64,000 bases of DNA, taken from assembly GCA_951406725.2 (NCBI GenBank), contig OX597816.1, positions 76,012,001-76,076,000 of the forward strand, written 5' to 3'. The first letter of the stretch is position 1; each line of letters starts with the position of its first letter. The DNA comes from Octopus vulgaris. Taxonomy: Eukaryota. This document shows positions 25,719 through 39,818 of this stretch, in pieces. The notes beneath the pieces are model-generated. The model saw only the letters and a program-made list of their open reading frames with translations, made no database searches and was not told where the DNA came from. The position numbers and the translations under genes were made by a program.

Positions 25719-26935
25719 TTGGGCATGTACTGTGGTTTGTTGTGGTGCTCTTGTTTTCAATGTATTGAAAGTGCTTTACGTAGGATATGCACGGCGCCTA
25801 GTAGTGCTATTTTCTGTATGTTATATACATTAGCATGTCTTGGTGTTTTGGGTATGCATTTGTCTGAATGTTTTTTTATCATACCTAATGCGCCTACTAT
25901 AATAAAAAATTATTTCAGTTTTTAGGCTCCACATTTAAGTTACCTCTATTTCTAGATCTTTGTATTTGAAAATTTTTCCGTTTCTCTTGGAGAAATATCA
26001 TCTGTTGATACTCAAACACCGATCGGAATGCATTTTTTTCTTGGTGATCTCTGACAACTATATCCAGCTAATCGGCTTTCATTTCTCTATCTGAGATTAT
26101 TGGCATATCCCAGGGTATGGTTGCTTTCTCATTTTCTGCGACCTTTTCAAGAGTGTTCCTATACTAACTTCTTTCTTTTGTTATTCCATAGCGTCCAGTG
26201 TATATAGGTCCCAACTCTGTCGTGTCTATGAATATATTCCTTCTTAGGCAGGACTGGGCAGCCAGAGACAATATAATTTATTGTTTCTTCTTCATCACCA
26301 CATAATTTACAATTACTTGTATTTCTTTTCATTGCGTGTTTTTGGTGATTTCTGCAATTAAAAATCCTTCAGTCTCTGCTTTGATTCCTGAGCTTTACAG
26401 CCATTGTTGCGATTTTGTTTTGTCTATTACTTTTCTGCTTAGCTTAACCCAATATATGCCATGTAAGGGTTTTCTTGCCATCATGATACGTTGCTGTTCC
26501 AGCTTTAGTTTAGATTTCAGTTGTTTTTCAAATTTTGTTGTTCTTTTTTTTTCATTGTTATTGGGTACTACGACTTCTTGTCTGTATTTGTCGTCTTCCT
26601 TAAATACAGAAAGCACCTTTTTGATTTGTTCGTGTTTTGTTGCTATTTGTATTAGTTTTCCTTGCTCCGGAAGTAGGGATTTCTGTAGTCCTATGGTGAT
26701 TATTTTGTAATAGTTTTCTAGCTGTATAAGGCCTCTACTACCTTCGATACGCTGTATATATAACCTTTCTCTGTCTGGTTTTGAGTGGTACATCCTAAAT
26801 CCTGTCATTATATTTCTTGTTTTCCTGTCTATTTTGATTAGTTCATTTAGAGTCCAGTTAAGAATATTGTAGCTGTAACTTATAACCGGGACGGCTAGTG
26901 TTGATACCTATTATCTTACTTTTCGCATTGAGCTC
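25719..26935 (-). mobile_element. R4/Dong-clade non-LTR 3' half
   Basis: RLYIQRIEGSRGL, KPLHG and ETINYIVSGCPVL...HRHD, followed by the RLE region. Confidence 0.9.
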
Positions 26936-27499
26936 CGTTGTTGTTGTTGTTGTTATTTTAATTCAGATTTTGTTGGAAGTCCTGGAGAATTGCATGAGTT
27001 GTAGATTGGTACCTGAAAACTACAGTTCCGTGCTATCTCTTTTCTTCAACTATCTAATAATTTCCTGTTGATTCTGGTCGTGCCAAAGGGCAAACTTTTT
27101 GCAACATCCCTACAGAGCACTCCGTTCCCATTTCCTTTATATTCTTCATTATAACTTCTGATACTACCCCCAAGGCTTCAATAATAATTGGCACTTTCTT
27201 CATCTTTTTCATTTTACACTTTCGAGATATCTTGTATTTAAGAGCATTGTATAAGTCTATTTTTCGCCTTTCCTTCTTAATTAATGGTTGTCTAAAATGA
27301 CATATGAAAGTAAAGTGCAGTTACCACTAAACCGAGCTATAATAGAAAACAGAAAATGAAGCTTTCTTTAGCTTGGATTAGAGACCGGATAAGGAACTTG
27401 TCTGGAAGTTTCGTCTTCTGGATGCATAACTCCCAGCAATTTTTCAAAAGCTTGGTGAATGTGGCAAGAATAATCCGAAAGAACGGACATACGCCTGTA

Positions 27500-27577
27500 G
27501 ACGATGTGGGGAGACAATGTGGGGAGACAATGTGGGGAGACGATGTGGTGAGACGATGTGGGGAGACGATATGGGGA
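27500..27577 (+). repeat. 13-bp minisatellite, six copies
   Basis: (gacRatgtgggga)6. Confidence 0.92.
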
Positions 27578-27789
27578 AGTGAACTTGCTCTAGTGATCAG
27601 GGTCAACGTGATTTTGTGGAATTTCCACGAGCAGCCCTAGGGAGCCTCCCACTTTTAGGAAAATATTCAATGTTAACATTTATACTGTTACTGTATTTTT
27701 ATAAACTTTTTACACAGTTACTTTTGCATGGTTACTTTGTATAACCGCACATTATATTGTCCTGTACTCATACGCAAAACCAACAGAAG

Positions 27790-28650
27790 TTTGGGAAAAT
27801 GTGAGTACCTGGCGCCTCAAAATAACCAGTACCCTGGGTAGGCTGTACTCGTTAGCCTTGGGTGGATGGCAGCCTAGGAGAAGGAACACTCCAAGCCCAA
27901 ACCAGGAGAGCAAGGACCTTGGTGAACTACCTTGATAGAGATGGTGTCTCGATAAAAATACCGGTTGGTCGTAACCTAAAAACACACCTCATTTGTGAGT
28001 GAAAATGCCAAGAAAAATAAATGATGATAACGGTGTGAATGGGACTAGAACCAATAGTGAAGGTGTCGCACCAGGCAGGTGCCCCTCTGTGCAGCAGGGT
28101 GGACCCTGTCGTAATCCAACAACTGCTAGCCATACTACAAGACAGAGTCCTTGTACTGGTCAAATTATGCAACGCACTTGAAAACGCAAGTGGTCTGTTG
28201 ATATGAACCAAATGGCGATCCAGTGCCATGATCAGGCCTCACTAAACAAGAACAATGGCAAATGTAAAGCTGTCAGAAAAATATCATTAGAACTTTGGAA
28301 ACGGCTGGGTATGTTCCAGATTACTGAAAATGGACTCATGAATCAGAGGCTTTCTTAATGAAGCCCAGATTCAGACACTCAGGAAAATCCTCTGTAGTGG
28401 TAAGAATAATGTCGGTAAAGGTTAGCGAATGCGTAGCCAAGGTGAAGTTGTAGTGGAGGAGAGACCGGCTAATCAATATAATGTAGAAAACCCTGAAATA
28501 AGAGAGGATGTAATTGAGGAACAGGGAAATCTCAGGAAGAGACTCGGGGATGTAATAATTACAAGAACAGAGAACAAGCCGGTGAATCTAAGAAGCTTTG
28601 ACCGTAACAGTGTGAAACGCTTAAACTGCTCTAAATGGAGGTGTAGACAA
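27790..28650 (+). mobile_element. 5' region (UTR and N-terminus) of an R4/Dong-like element
   Basis: GTRTNSEGVAPGRCP...RKWSVDMNQMAIQC...LWKRLGMFQITENGLMNQ, resembling Dong N-termini. Confidence 0.55.
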
Positions 28651-29831
28651 ATCCTATTTTATGGACTCAACCATGTTCTAAAATAAGTCGAAAGGTAAGC
28701 TACTATAAATCGGCACGAACTTTCCGGACAACCCAATATTTACCTCGTTATGTGTTATAGCAATAGACGGTAGCTGCATAGAATAACCGCTCTGAGCAGC
28801 AATTCTATAGAATATAATTCATGTGAATATTGGGTAGTGAGTGAAATATGTTACAATAAGTTGGTTCTGCTTGATAATTACGTTACTAGGTACAAGTATG
28901 TCAGGAATGGTCGTCCACTTACATGTTAATTGTAAAGCACGTATTTCACTTGTAGGAACATGTGAATCCACGTCGTTCATCACACACTGAAACACTCATA
29001 TACACACACAAACACAAACACGCAGAGTTACCCCCATAAATATTTGCCACACCGTTAATGTTTCGAATACTTTTTATCGTTATATTCTCCCTCTCTCTTT
29101 CTCCCCAAAAAGGGTGGAAAAAAGAAATTTAGAGCAAGTGAAATTGGGCTGGGGGCGAATTCTTAAATAAAATTCTGAATTGACACTTTTTATTGACTCA
29201 AACGTATTTTCCAGTATATAAAGTTAATGTTTTAAACGTTTTTACGATATAAATTTTATTTCCAGTTCACAAATTTTTTCTTCTAATTCCATACTTCAAA
29301 TAAGATTACATCAGGTAGAAATTGCCTAAGTTGTCCAATCTCTTTTTCACTATTCATTTAAAAATGTGAATCTATCTATAATATATGTATGCGTCAATAT
29401 ATATGTGCGATATATCTATATAAATATACACTTGGCTATATTGTGTAGTATAACGTACTTTAAGAACTTAGCATCTAATTGTTAACTGAAAGTAAAAGCA
29501 ACAGATGTCATGGGGCACATGTCAATATCAGTGTTTCTTCAGCGGCTGTCCACCTCCCTTAAGTACATGCTAATACACTGCTTTTATATGCATTGATGTT
29601 AGTGACTGAATTAAACTGATTGCATATTCAACACTTTCTTGCTACAAGTACGAAATTTATGTCACTGCTGCATTAACTGTGATATGTCTCGTTGATTTTT
29701 ATAGATATATAAGTATAAATGCTTAGATAAATATGTGTGTGTGTTTATATATATGTATGCATTGTGTGTGTGTTTGTGTGTGTGTATGTGTTTGTGTATC
29801 TGTGTGCGTGTGTGTGTATGTGTATGTGTGT

Positions 29832-30330
29832 GTAAGGATAAGCAAGTTAGGCAGGTCAATATACAAAGTATATTGAATACATGAAATACAAAAATGTATT
29901 TATGTTTACATACAAGAAGGTCTGACTTACACAGAATAGAAATGATATCAAGAATTAAAGAGGTTGAAGAAAATTATTACAAATCCAACGGCTGCTTCTG
30001 GGGGCTCGGTGATCCAAAATAATATTTGTAGATTTATTTTATCTTTGATAGTCTTTCTGTCAACACCTTCATGCGTAAAATCTCTTCCCTGAAGACGGAG
30101 GCTGGTTTCATCTGACGATGGAATCAATTTACAAATATTATTTTGGACTACTGAGCCCTCAGAAACAGTTGTTGGATTCGTAATACTTTTCTTCAAACCC
30201 CTTTTATTCTTGATATCATTTCTATTCCGTGCAAGTCGGACCTTCTTGTATGTAAACATATATACGTTTTTCCTATTTCATGCATTTAATATACTTTCTT
30301 TTTTGACCTGTCTAACTTGCTTATCCTTAC
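29832..30330. mobile_element. ~500-bp fold-back PLE-terminus element with hammerhead core
   Basis: Diverged inverted arms at 29832-30037 and 30122-30330. CTGACGA(30112-30118)...GAAA(30162-30165)-cagttg-TT. Confidence 0.75.
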
Positions 30331-30416
30331 GTTTACTTCTCTACCCGCTCAAGTTTAAAACTCTTGAGCACTACTGTGTGTACTCTATAAGGAAGAATAT
30401 CTGATTCTCATCTATG

Positions 30417-30456
<40 letters not shown>

Positions 30457-30464
30457 GTATGTAT

Positions 30465-32610
30465 ATAAGGAAATGTAGTTAAACGCAGGTGTTATTCAAA
30501 TCTTTATACCTCCGTCATATGTTCCGAAGAAAACATTGGTATTATTCCAGAGGGAATAAAATGATGTAAAACAAGGCGATCTTCTCATCGGAGACAAAAA
30601 AAGAGAAAGGACATCAGTAAGCCATTTTAACCGAATGTGATGACTGCGTAAATGAGGAAGGGAACGCTGGCAAGTTACTTTTTAAAAACACCGTTAATAG
30701 ATTTAACGTCAAATGCAATTTGGAGGAAGAGGAGGAGAAAGAAAAAAAAATAGCAGAAAACCAAGAGTGGAGAAATGTAGTGCGTTAGATGAATGGGAAT
30801 AAAGCTTAAAGACGTGGAAATAGGTATATTTCGGGGAAATGAAATGTAAGAAGACAGGTAAATGTTGGATTTTATAGATTGGTAGAAATTACTTATAAGA
30901 ACTAAAGGTATGTTTTTGCCAATGTTTGCAACGATAAACGCATTCTTTAAACGTGTTTACAAGAGAATTCTCTGAGAACAGGATGAGGCAGAGTTCATCG
31001 ATACAGTGCGGACAAGGAGATTTCCCATTATTATATGGAAAGGACCTAGATAGAATATTCCATTCCAAATCAAATTGTTTATTATGTTTCTTCAGAGATC
31101 AAATTAATTTATTCAGCCCAGTATTGTTGCGTTTATTGATGTGTCTAAATGTAGAGTAAAGGTTAGATATTCCTTTGGATAACTGAAATGAACTGCCTAT
31201 GTAAAAAATATATATCAGAACCAGAAGTGATTTTACATTGATAAACAGAGTTTCTAGTCTTAGAAGTACTGCTAAGGAAACGAATGTGATTGAAATTTAT
31301 ATCAGAAATACTAATATCGTTGTTATTATTGTTCATAGAATGGTTGGTGTTAATAATATCAATGTTATTATTTTCATTAAGTGGATTTGTATTTAACAAC
31401 TTATTGTCATGCGAAGAGATGATTTGTGAAAGGTTTTTGGTGTTTGAAAACCCTATTCTGATTCGATGTGAATTGATAATAGAATGGTGTTTTGAATTTC
31501 TTAGGAAATTTCTATAGCTTCACGAAACTGGTAAGGGAGGTTGGATTTGATCTGCTTACCATATGGAATTATCAACCAAACAGTTTTACTAGGACATACT
31601 TTGTTATTAGGGTAGTTATCTTTAAAAGTCCTAGATGTACTTTTATAACGAAAAAAGGGTCTTAAAGAACGGTTATCTCCCTTACACTGCAAGATCAAAT
31701 TTTTCGATGTAATGTTATTCGAACTAAAATTTATATTGTTATTACTGTTATGCCGTGATTTCATGGCCTGATTAATAGAGGTAAAATTAATGTCAGTAGG
31801 GTTAATATAGGTAATTTTTTTTCTTTATAGCCTGCTTTAAGTAAAGCAGAAATATAACATTCAGCTTTTTCGTTGAAGATATCAACATTGGCAGATAACG
31901 TGGAAAGTCTAAGTGAAATATCTCTAATTAAATTCCTTGTAATAGCCTTTGAGTGATTACTGAAAGAGCTAATATATTTCAAATTAGTATGGGAAATATG
32001 AATCATTATATAAGTTAAGGGTAATATCCACAAAAGTTGGCTTTAGTTATATCATCGCCAAAAACGACATTTAAGCCCATGTTTCGGAAAAATTTAACCA
32101 ACCTATTTTTAACCCTTTGTAATTTTTGGTTAGAAACATTTTGAAGGTACAGTAAACAATCGTCATGATATAGAACCTCCATTGATGTTTGGGAATTGGT
32201 TAGCCATCTCGTAAAGGATATATATACCGACAAAATCAGCAATTTGTGCTGAATGAGAACTCCCCATCGTGACGTTAAAACTATCAGGCTTATCTTTACG
32301 GACCCACAGCTTATTTTCAAATTTAATGGTTGGTTTTCTGGCGGCTAACACGACATTAATTTCACACCTGGTGAGACCTGCCTTGTTGTGTGCGAACCAG
32401 AGTGCGTTGTTGATTACAATTGGGTAAATAGAGGAATAGTAACTAGAAATATCGAACTGGATAAACTTCTTGTTATTAATAGAATTAAAACAGTCGGTCG
32501 CTTTGTTTTACATCATTTTATTTCCTTTGGAATAATACCAATGTTTTCTTCGAAACATATGTCGGAAGTATAAAGATTTGAATAAAACCTGCGTTTAACT
32601 CCATTTCTTT
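30465..32610 (-). mobile_element. Penelope-like retroelement (RT plus C-terminal GIY-YIG, resembling Naiad-type), 5'-truncated, with inverted pLTR
   Basis: Motifs FIQFDISSYYSSI, FNVTMGSSHSAQIADFVGIYIL, LYHDDCL, SNHS, VYQCKI...YIG, EWNIL, CPHC, CKH. The terminal unit 30465-30600 (-) recurs inverted at 32497-32610 (+). Confidence 0.92.
30507..30596 (-). ncRNA. Hammerhead motif in the PLE pLTR (CCGATGA core; intact 3' half in the inverted copy)
   Basis: Minus strand CCGATGA(30591-30585)-gaaga...tcttc-GGAA-catatg-AC. The + copy reads ttc-GAAA(32552-32555)-catatg-TC-ggaag. Confidence 0.7.
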
Positions 32611-32777
32611 ATTTATCTGTTATGCAAAAACATTTTATTAAACCATGGAATTTCTACCTTTTAAGTAAGCTGTTACATCCTTCGTACTTACGTAAACTTT
32701 TTGCTACCCTGGTAACTATTTATTTATTTTTTCCGTGTTATTTGTACACATTGAACAAATACACATACATATATATG

Positions 32778-32859
<82 letters not shown>

Positions 32860-33227
32860 AGCAAAAATGAAATAAAATAAATACATGTTTCTAAATAGAA
32901 TCATGTGCTTACATATAATTGGTTCACCGCTACTCTGAAGTCCAAGATCTACACTTTTATTGAAAAAGTATCTGGCTTGAGAGTTGGCGACAATCGGAGA
33001 ATACCTGGTTAAAGAACGATCAAAGATTCAACTGCATGTGTGCGCATATTGAATTCTCTATCAGTCGGCAATGTTATTTATGAAAGATTTTGTATATAAT
33101 GTTTTTTATGTCCTTGTATAAGCATCGACAGCAAAATTTCATCTTACTTGTGTATCCGATGTCAGATTTTAGCCATGAATCCATCCATCCATCCATCTAT
33201 CCGTCCGTCCATCTCTCTCTCTCTCTC

Positions 33228-33282
<55 letters not shown>

Positions 33283-33335
33283 CCACACGCATATATTACA
33301 ACTCCCAGGACGTTGAAACTGTTCCCTTTCCTATA

Positions 33336-33375
<40 letters not shown>

Positions 33376-33377
33376 TG

Positions 33378-33409
<32 letters not shown>

Positions 33410-34355
33410 CGTATGTAATTATACATATGTATACATTTACATTTGAACGTTTGTAATACTGCGAGAAAAATGCTACATTATCTTAACCTGATTTTGAATT
33501 ATAATTTACATGTATATGTGTGTATATGTATGTTGTTTTATGTACACACACGCATATATATGCATGTGTATAATGCATGTGTATATCTGTATGCATGTAT
33601 GTATGTGCATATCTGTCTATCTATATGCATATATACACATATAGGCGCCGGTCTGGCTGTGTGGCAAGCAGTTTGCTTTCCAACCACTTTGCTGTGGGTT
33701 CAGTCCCATTGCGTGACACCTCGATCATGTGTCTTCTACTATAGCCTCGGGCCGACCAAAGCCTTTTGAGTCGATTTGGTAGACGGAAACTGAAAGAATC
33801 CCGTGATGTATACATCTATGTGTTTGTGTGTCGTTTTGTCCATGTGCCTGTGTTGGTAAAAGATGTTTATATGCTTACGCCCCCGTAACATAGCGGTTCA
33901 GAGGAAGATATTGATAGAATAAGTACCAGGCTTACAAAAAAAAAATTACCGGTGTCAACTGATTCGGCTAAAACTTCTCCAATACTAAAATAAAAGAGAT
34001 TCTCCTTACCTGCCGCAGACAGGCACTACTATAACTATATCTATTCACCAGAAATTACCACTCTAGCTTCTAATCCATTCTCTAATCCATTAAGCATGCA
34101 GCAAAACTTAAAGAAGACCCCCGTACAATGCTTATCAGTAAAACAAATTATACAGCAGAACAACAACGAACAGAGACATTAACGACAGAACAAAGAACAT
34201 TTAACATACGCAAGGATTACCTTGCCACTATCTTGTATAAATTATCATTTGTAATTATCATAACCCTGCTAAAATTTCGTGCCATGTACAATATCGTCCT
34301 TAGAATACGCAGCCCTGCCAATTTGAAGGTATTAATTTTATTATTATTATTATTA

Positions 34356-34870
34356 AGTGAGAGAGCAGTGCATGCCATCAAAGTGACACTGGGGTAAAAT
34401 ATACGAAGCCCAGTATACCCATCATGACTACCCGTCTGATAAAGGTACACCAGGCACATGCATCACAACCATATGTGCGCGACATGGTGATCTCATATCA
34501 AGATAAACAGCACATGACCTTGCAGGTGGGGCCCAGTTAGAATTTTCTTCAGGTTGAGTAGCCCATCCCGCTCAAAAGGTCCCTGAATAAGGGTTGTTTA
34601 AGGATGTTGAAAGAACCACCCATGTTTCCAGAGGTGAATTATTCAAACCCCAAAGAATCCCCCTCAACACATGGCCATGATGCTCCCCCACTACTTCTGC
34701 TCGTGATCAGAGATGCACATATCGTCAGCCACTAAGGGACATGCTCAACTGGTTAAGGTCAAACAACTGACAAGCAAATCTGTGGTATTGAGCAGAATAT
34801 TTGCTGTAGCCCATCTTTTATACCAAGACAAAACAATGTACATGATAACACTTCCAATCAGTTAAGATCA
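34356..34870 (-). mobile_element. (TAA)n-associated interspersed repeat (copies at 23660-23990, 34905-34965, 57645-57837)
   Basis: Near-identical sequence in four places, each abutting ATT/AGT arrays. Probably a non-LTR 3' end or a derived SINE. Confidence 0.7.
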
Positions 34871-34903
<33 letters not shown>

Positions 34904-34966
34904 GAGTGAGAGAGCAGTGCATGCCATCAAAGTGACACTGGGGTAAAATATACGAAGCCCAATACA

Positions 34967-35053
<87 letters not shown>

Positions 35054-35973
35054 TTAAAGTTAATTACTGGTAACTATTCACTTGATAGCAGATATCAAGC
35101 TACTACGTGCAAGCATAAGAAGCTATGGGATTAGGACTTACGTAAAAATGTCATCAACTTATTAATTATCATTTGCAGTGTTATTGCTTTTGTTAAAGGA
35201 TAGACAATATCGTCCTTAGAATACGCTGCCATAAATCAAACTTGCCAAGGCAAGAAATTTTGGAAAAGCACTCCTAAGAAGAATACAATGAAGTTCAAAG
35301 ATAACAAACCTAATATGTATGCACGTGTATGTGTGTGTATGTATATATATATATTTCTTTATTGTCCACAGGGGGCTAAACACAGAGGGGGCAAACAAGG
35401 ACAGACAAAGGGATTAAGCCAATTACATCGACCCCAGTGGGTAACTGGTACTTATTTAATCGACCCCGAAAGAATAAAAGGCAAAGTCGAACTCGGCGGA
35501 ATTTGAACTCAGAACGTAACGGCAGATGAAATACTGCTAAGCATTTCGCCCGGCATGCTAACGATTCTGCCCGTTCGCCGCCGTTTTTTTTTAATAAAGT
35601 TTTCATGTGTATGTGTGTGTGTGTGTATTTATAGATATATCTATACATACATACACACACACACACATATATACAAACACACACCACACGCATGTATGTA
35701 TCGTGAAGAGCCACTCCAGGATGAAACTCTAGGTAGACTGTCAACACTTGGTATAATATATCTATTGACTATTGTCAGCGCAAATCGACGATAAATCGAC
35801 GTGAACATGCGCACTGAGTACCTCGTGTCAGGTTCCGAAGTAATCGCAGATCGACGTGAGATGAAGTGTTTTGTTCAAGAACACAATGCACTACCCGGAC
35901 TAGGAATAGAAACCACGATCTTGTGATTATAAGTCCAACTCCCTAACCACTAGGCCATGCGCCCTCATGTATG

Positions 35974-36041
<68 letters not shown>

Positions 36042-36065
36042 TTGTGTGTGTGTGTGTATACACAT

Positions 36066-36490
36066 AGGCGCAGGGGTGGCTGTGTGGTAAGTAGCTTGCT
36101 TATCAACCACATGGTTCCGGGTTCATTCCCACTACGTGGTACCTTGGGCAAGTGTCTTCTACAATAGCCCCGGGCCGACCAAAGCCTTGTGAGTGGATTT
36201 GGTAGACGGAAACTGAAAGAAGCCCGTCGTATATATGTATATATACATATGTGTATGTGTGTGTATATGTTTGTGTGTCTGTGTTTGCCCCCCCCCCCCA
36301 ACATCGCTTGACAACCGATGCTGGTGCGTTTACGTGCCCGTAACTTTGCGGTTCAGCAAAAGAGACCGATAGAATAAGTACTAGACTTCCAAAGAATAAA
36401 TTCTGTGGTCGATTTGCTCGACTAAAGGCGGTGCTCCAGCATGGCCGCAGTCAAATAACTGAAACAAGTAAAAGAGTAAAAGTGTAAAAG
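36066..36490 (+). mobile_element. Family A SINE, near full length
   Basis: ggcgcaggggtggctgtgtggtaagtagcttgctt... through a (gtaaaaga)n tail. Other copies lie at 18941, 20390, 33643, 36590 and 59700. Confidence 0.88.
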
Positions 36491-38676
36491 AGTACATATA
36501 TATATATATTGTGTGTATATATATATATATATACACACTCAATATATATATGTATACATACACACACACATATATGTATGTACTTATGAATGTGTCTGTG
36601 TTTGCCGCCCCGCCCCATCACTTGATAACTGATGCTGGTGTGTTTATGTCCTGTAACTTAGCGTTTCAGCAAAAGGGACCGATAAAATAAGTACTAGGTT
36701 TACAAAGGGTAAGTCCTGGGGTCGATTTCTTCGACTAAAACCCTTTAAGATAGTGCTCTAGCATGATCGCAGTGAAATGACTGAAACAAGGAAAAGAGTA
36801 AAAGAAAGAATATGTGTATGTGTGTGTTTGTGTGCGTGTGTTTTTGTGCGTGTGTGTATGCGTGTGTATCCAAGAAGCGAGAGAGAGAGAGATAGGGAGG
36901 GGGAGGGGGGAGAGGGAGATAGATAAAAAAGAGACAGAAACTAAGCTAATATGAACTCCTTTCGCTTGTCGAGTTAGCTGAAACTTGAAGTTTCAGTGGT
37001 GATCTCGACTTTTTCAATTCAGTTTCCAAATATGCGCGCACGAGTGAGTGCATGTATTCGTGTGTGTGTATGCGCGTGTGGGTTGTGTGTGTGTGAGTGT
37101 GTGTGCGTGTGTGTGAGTGTGTGTGTGTGTGTAGTTGTTAGAGTGTGTATAATCGTTTGCCCAATGGGAAAGGTGAAATTTGCTGTTACGATTCAAACAA
37201 TTTAACTTGTAATAAAATATATACACCCTTTTTTATATTCAATAGCTACTCCCATCTTTGTAATGACAGTCATTTACAATCCATATGCACAGAAATATGC
37301 GAATACACACATACATATGTACATAGTTTTATTATAGTTTATTACATGCCAACGATTTACAGAATTTTTTGTACATTGAAAAGATAACCTTGACATCATT
37401 TCTGATCGCTGTGCCGTGTATGCGACCTCTTTGTTAAGAATTTTCTGATGTAATATAAATTTTTCCGGAATAATATTATGCTGTTAAATGTTTTATTCAA
37501 TAACATTAGCATATATTATTAATACTATTAATGGTTACTGTTGAAAAACAAATATTGTATGTACTATAATGTTAATAAAATAGACACATTCAATGAAATA
37601 CCATCTGTCAAAAAAATATCCTTTATTTATAGTTTATCATTTATTTCTTGAATATTTTCTCGTACAAATTAGAAATAATTCAATAAAAGGGTTACATAAG
37701 GTGAATATAATTAACGAAATTTTGTCTGAGTATCAAGATAATTTGGCATGCTGCTTTCCTATTCACAGGTTGAAATAAAACAGTTTCTGTTTATAGCAAC
37801 AAATCGACCGCTTCGTTGGTTGCAGTTTACTTGAAACATTTATAGTTTTGCGGTTATTTGCACACAAGTGGAGTATGTATTTGTATCTGTTTGTGTGGGT
37901 TAGCTTATCAATGGTCATCTCCTACAGCAAACGTGGAATTCATCATTTACAAAATACATTTATGTATACTTTGTAGAAAGATAATTCCAAGGTTAAAACG
38001 ACTCAGCTAATCTAAATTCTGTTTGGTCACTTCCATATGCTGACTAGTAATTCGTATAATTATCTACCCACACGTTTTGCTAAATCTACGAAACTGAAAG
38101 ATAAATATTCGATATCTATAAAAAGTACGCGTTCAGAATTAGGAAAGTTTTATTTTTTACCCTAAATGAAATGCAGTAATACACTTCTTGTCATGCTCCT
38201 TAAAGAAATACTACTCCAAAACATACGTTGCTATTTTATACATAGTTATTTTCCAATTTACTAGAGTTGGTTTTTACTAATGTATTATGAAAGTGTAACT
38301 GATACAATTGAACTATTATCTGAATTTTGTCAGAATAAAATATACTTGTTTAGTTTTCAGTTATGTCCCTATATATTAACTGACCAGTAAATTAAGTGAT
38401 AATCGATCATTAGTCATGCAATCATATTGGTCGATATTTTTTATATCTTCCTAACGGTGCATCTCAATGCTAGTAATCAAACAACTTATCAGTCTTACCA
38501 GCTCATTCAATCTAATTGATATTATGTATCGTGCATTAGAGAAACCACCGTTTCTCTAGCTTGTAATAGTGTGTACCTGTTCATTCGATTGGCTTGGAAA
38601 ATGTAAAACTTGTAGAAGCGTCATCCGTTACATCATTTATTGGGTCAATGATTCGTTGATGTAATTTTATAACAAA

Positions 38677-39047
38677 CTAGCAGTATCGCCCGGCGTTGCT
38701 CGGGTTTGTAAGGGAAATAACTATAAAGCATTTTTAGAGAGTTATAGGCAAAAAATGGGAAAAAAATGATGGTAAATTTTTTTTTTTAGTTAAAAAGGTC
38801 GAGTTGCGTCCCCTAGACAGTCTGTGGTTTGTGTTTCTGATTCTCGACCCCATGTCGAATTTATCGATTTTTTTCAGAACTGGGGGAACTTTTCAAAATT
38901 TTCGCTGCGTTAGTTTTGAATTATGACATTGGGCTATGTGTGTGTCAAGTTTCATCAGAATCGGTTGAAAGCCGTGGTCAGGGTGAGGGTACAACCTAAC
39001 AGACACACAGAAACACACAGACAAACTGCCGTTTATATATAGAGAGA
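38677..39047 (-). mobile_element. Non-autonomous Helitron
   Basis: Minus strand: A|TCtctctatatataaa...cccgagcaacgccggg hairpin...CTAG|T. Confidence 0.88.
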
Positions 39048-39598
39048 TTATACATAACATGCGCACACACATACACACACATACATACACATTATTTTTT
39101 TAATGTAGACTATGGCAGACAGATTTATTCATTTAATGTGATTCAGTCTGCAGGAAGGTGACTTAAAACAGAACACTAGCTGCTCTTATGTATTAATGAG
39201 TGGAATGTTAACTAGCAGCGCAGATTCTAAAGCATCTTCCGAGTAAAGGCATATGCCAGAGACTCGTTGCTCCTCCATGACATGGTATTTTGTTGTTGTA
39301 AAATCACGGGTCAACTCTTATCTAATAATAAAGATCAATAACCAAAGTTGTTTCAGGCGTGGCCCTCTGATCGTTTTTGGTTTAGGACTACATTATCCAA
39401 TGCCTTCTGTCGCTTTCTTCTAACTTGGTAGGATATATTTTGAGGGAGATTTTGCTTCTAATTCTAGCAGTCTGTGTGACGACATGACTGTTACTCTGTT
39501 GGCTTGGTTGTGAGTGAGGAGAGGTAGGTATATTTGTTAATCATTCACCGTAATTTTCGGAAATGCTTTATTTAGAAAATATTAAGATTAATACTCTA

Positions 39599-39818
39599 CG
39601 AGGGGATGCTGAGAAGTCCTTGACTTTGAGTAAAAGAAAATACAGGAAGATTAGTTAATTATGAGTTTATTTAACATATTCCCTCCACCCACAAATTCAT
39701 ACACTTGTTGCAGCGGTCCATCAGCTTTCCTAAACCTTGTAAAAGAACTCGGAAGGTTGGGCCTCCAACTAGGCCTTTGCGAAACCCTTAAAGCCAGGAG
39801 CTTTTCAGCACCCCTTCG
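39599..39818. mobile_element. Mariner-type MITE
   Basis: TA-cgaggggatgctgagaagtccttgacttt ... aaagccaggagcttttcagcaccccttcg-TA. Confidence 0.8.

Noticed and set aside
27500-27577. Regular short repeats resembling a CRISPR array
   Set aside because: Contiguous 13-bp units with no unique spacers, in a eukaryotic context with no cas genes.
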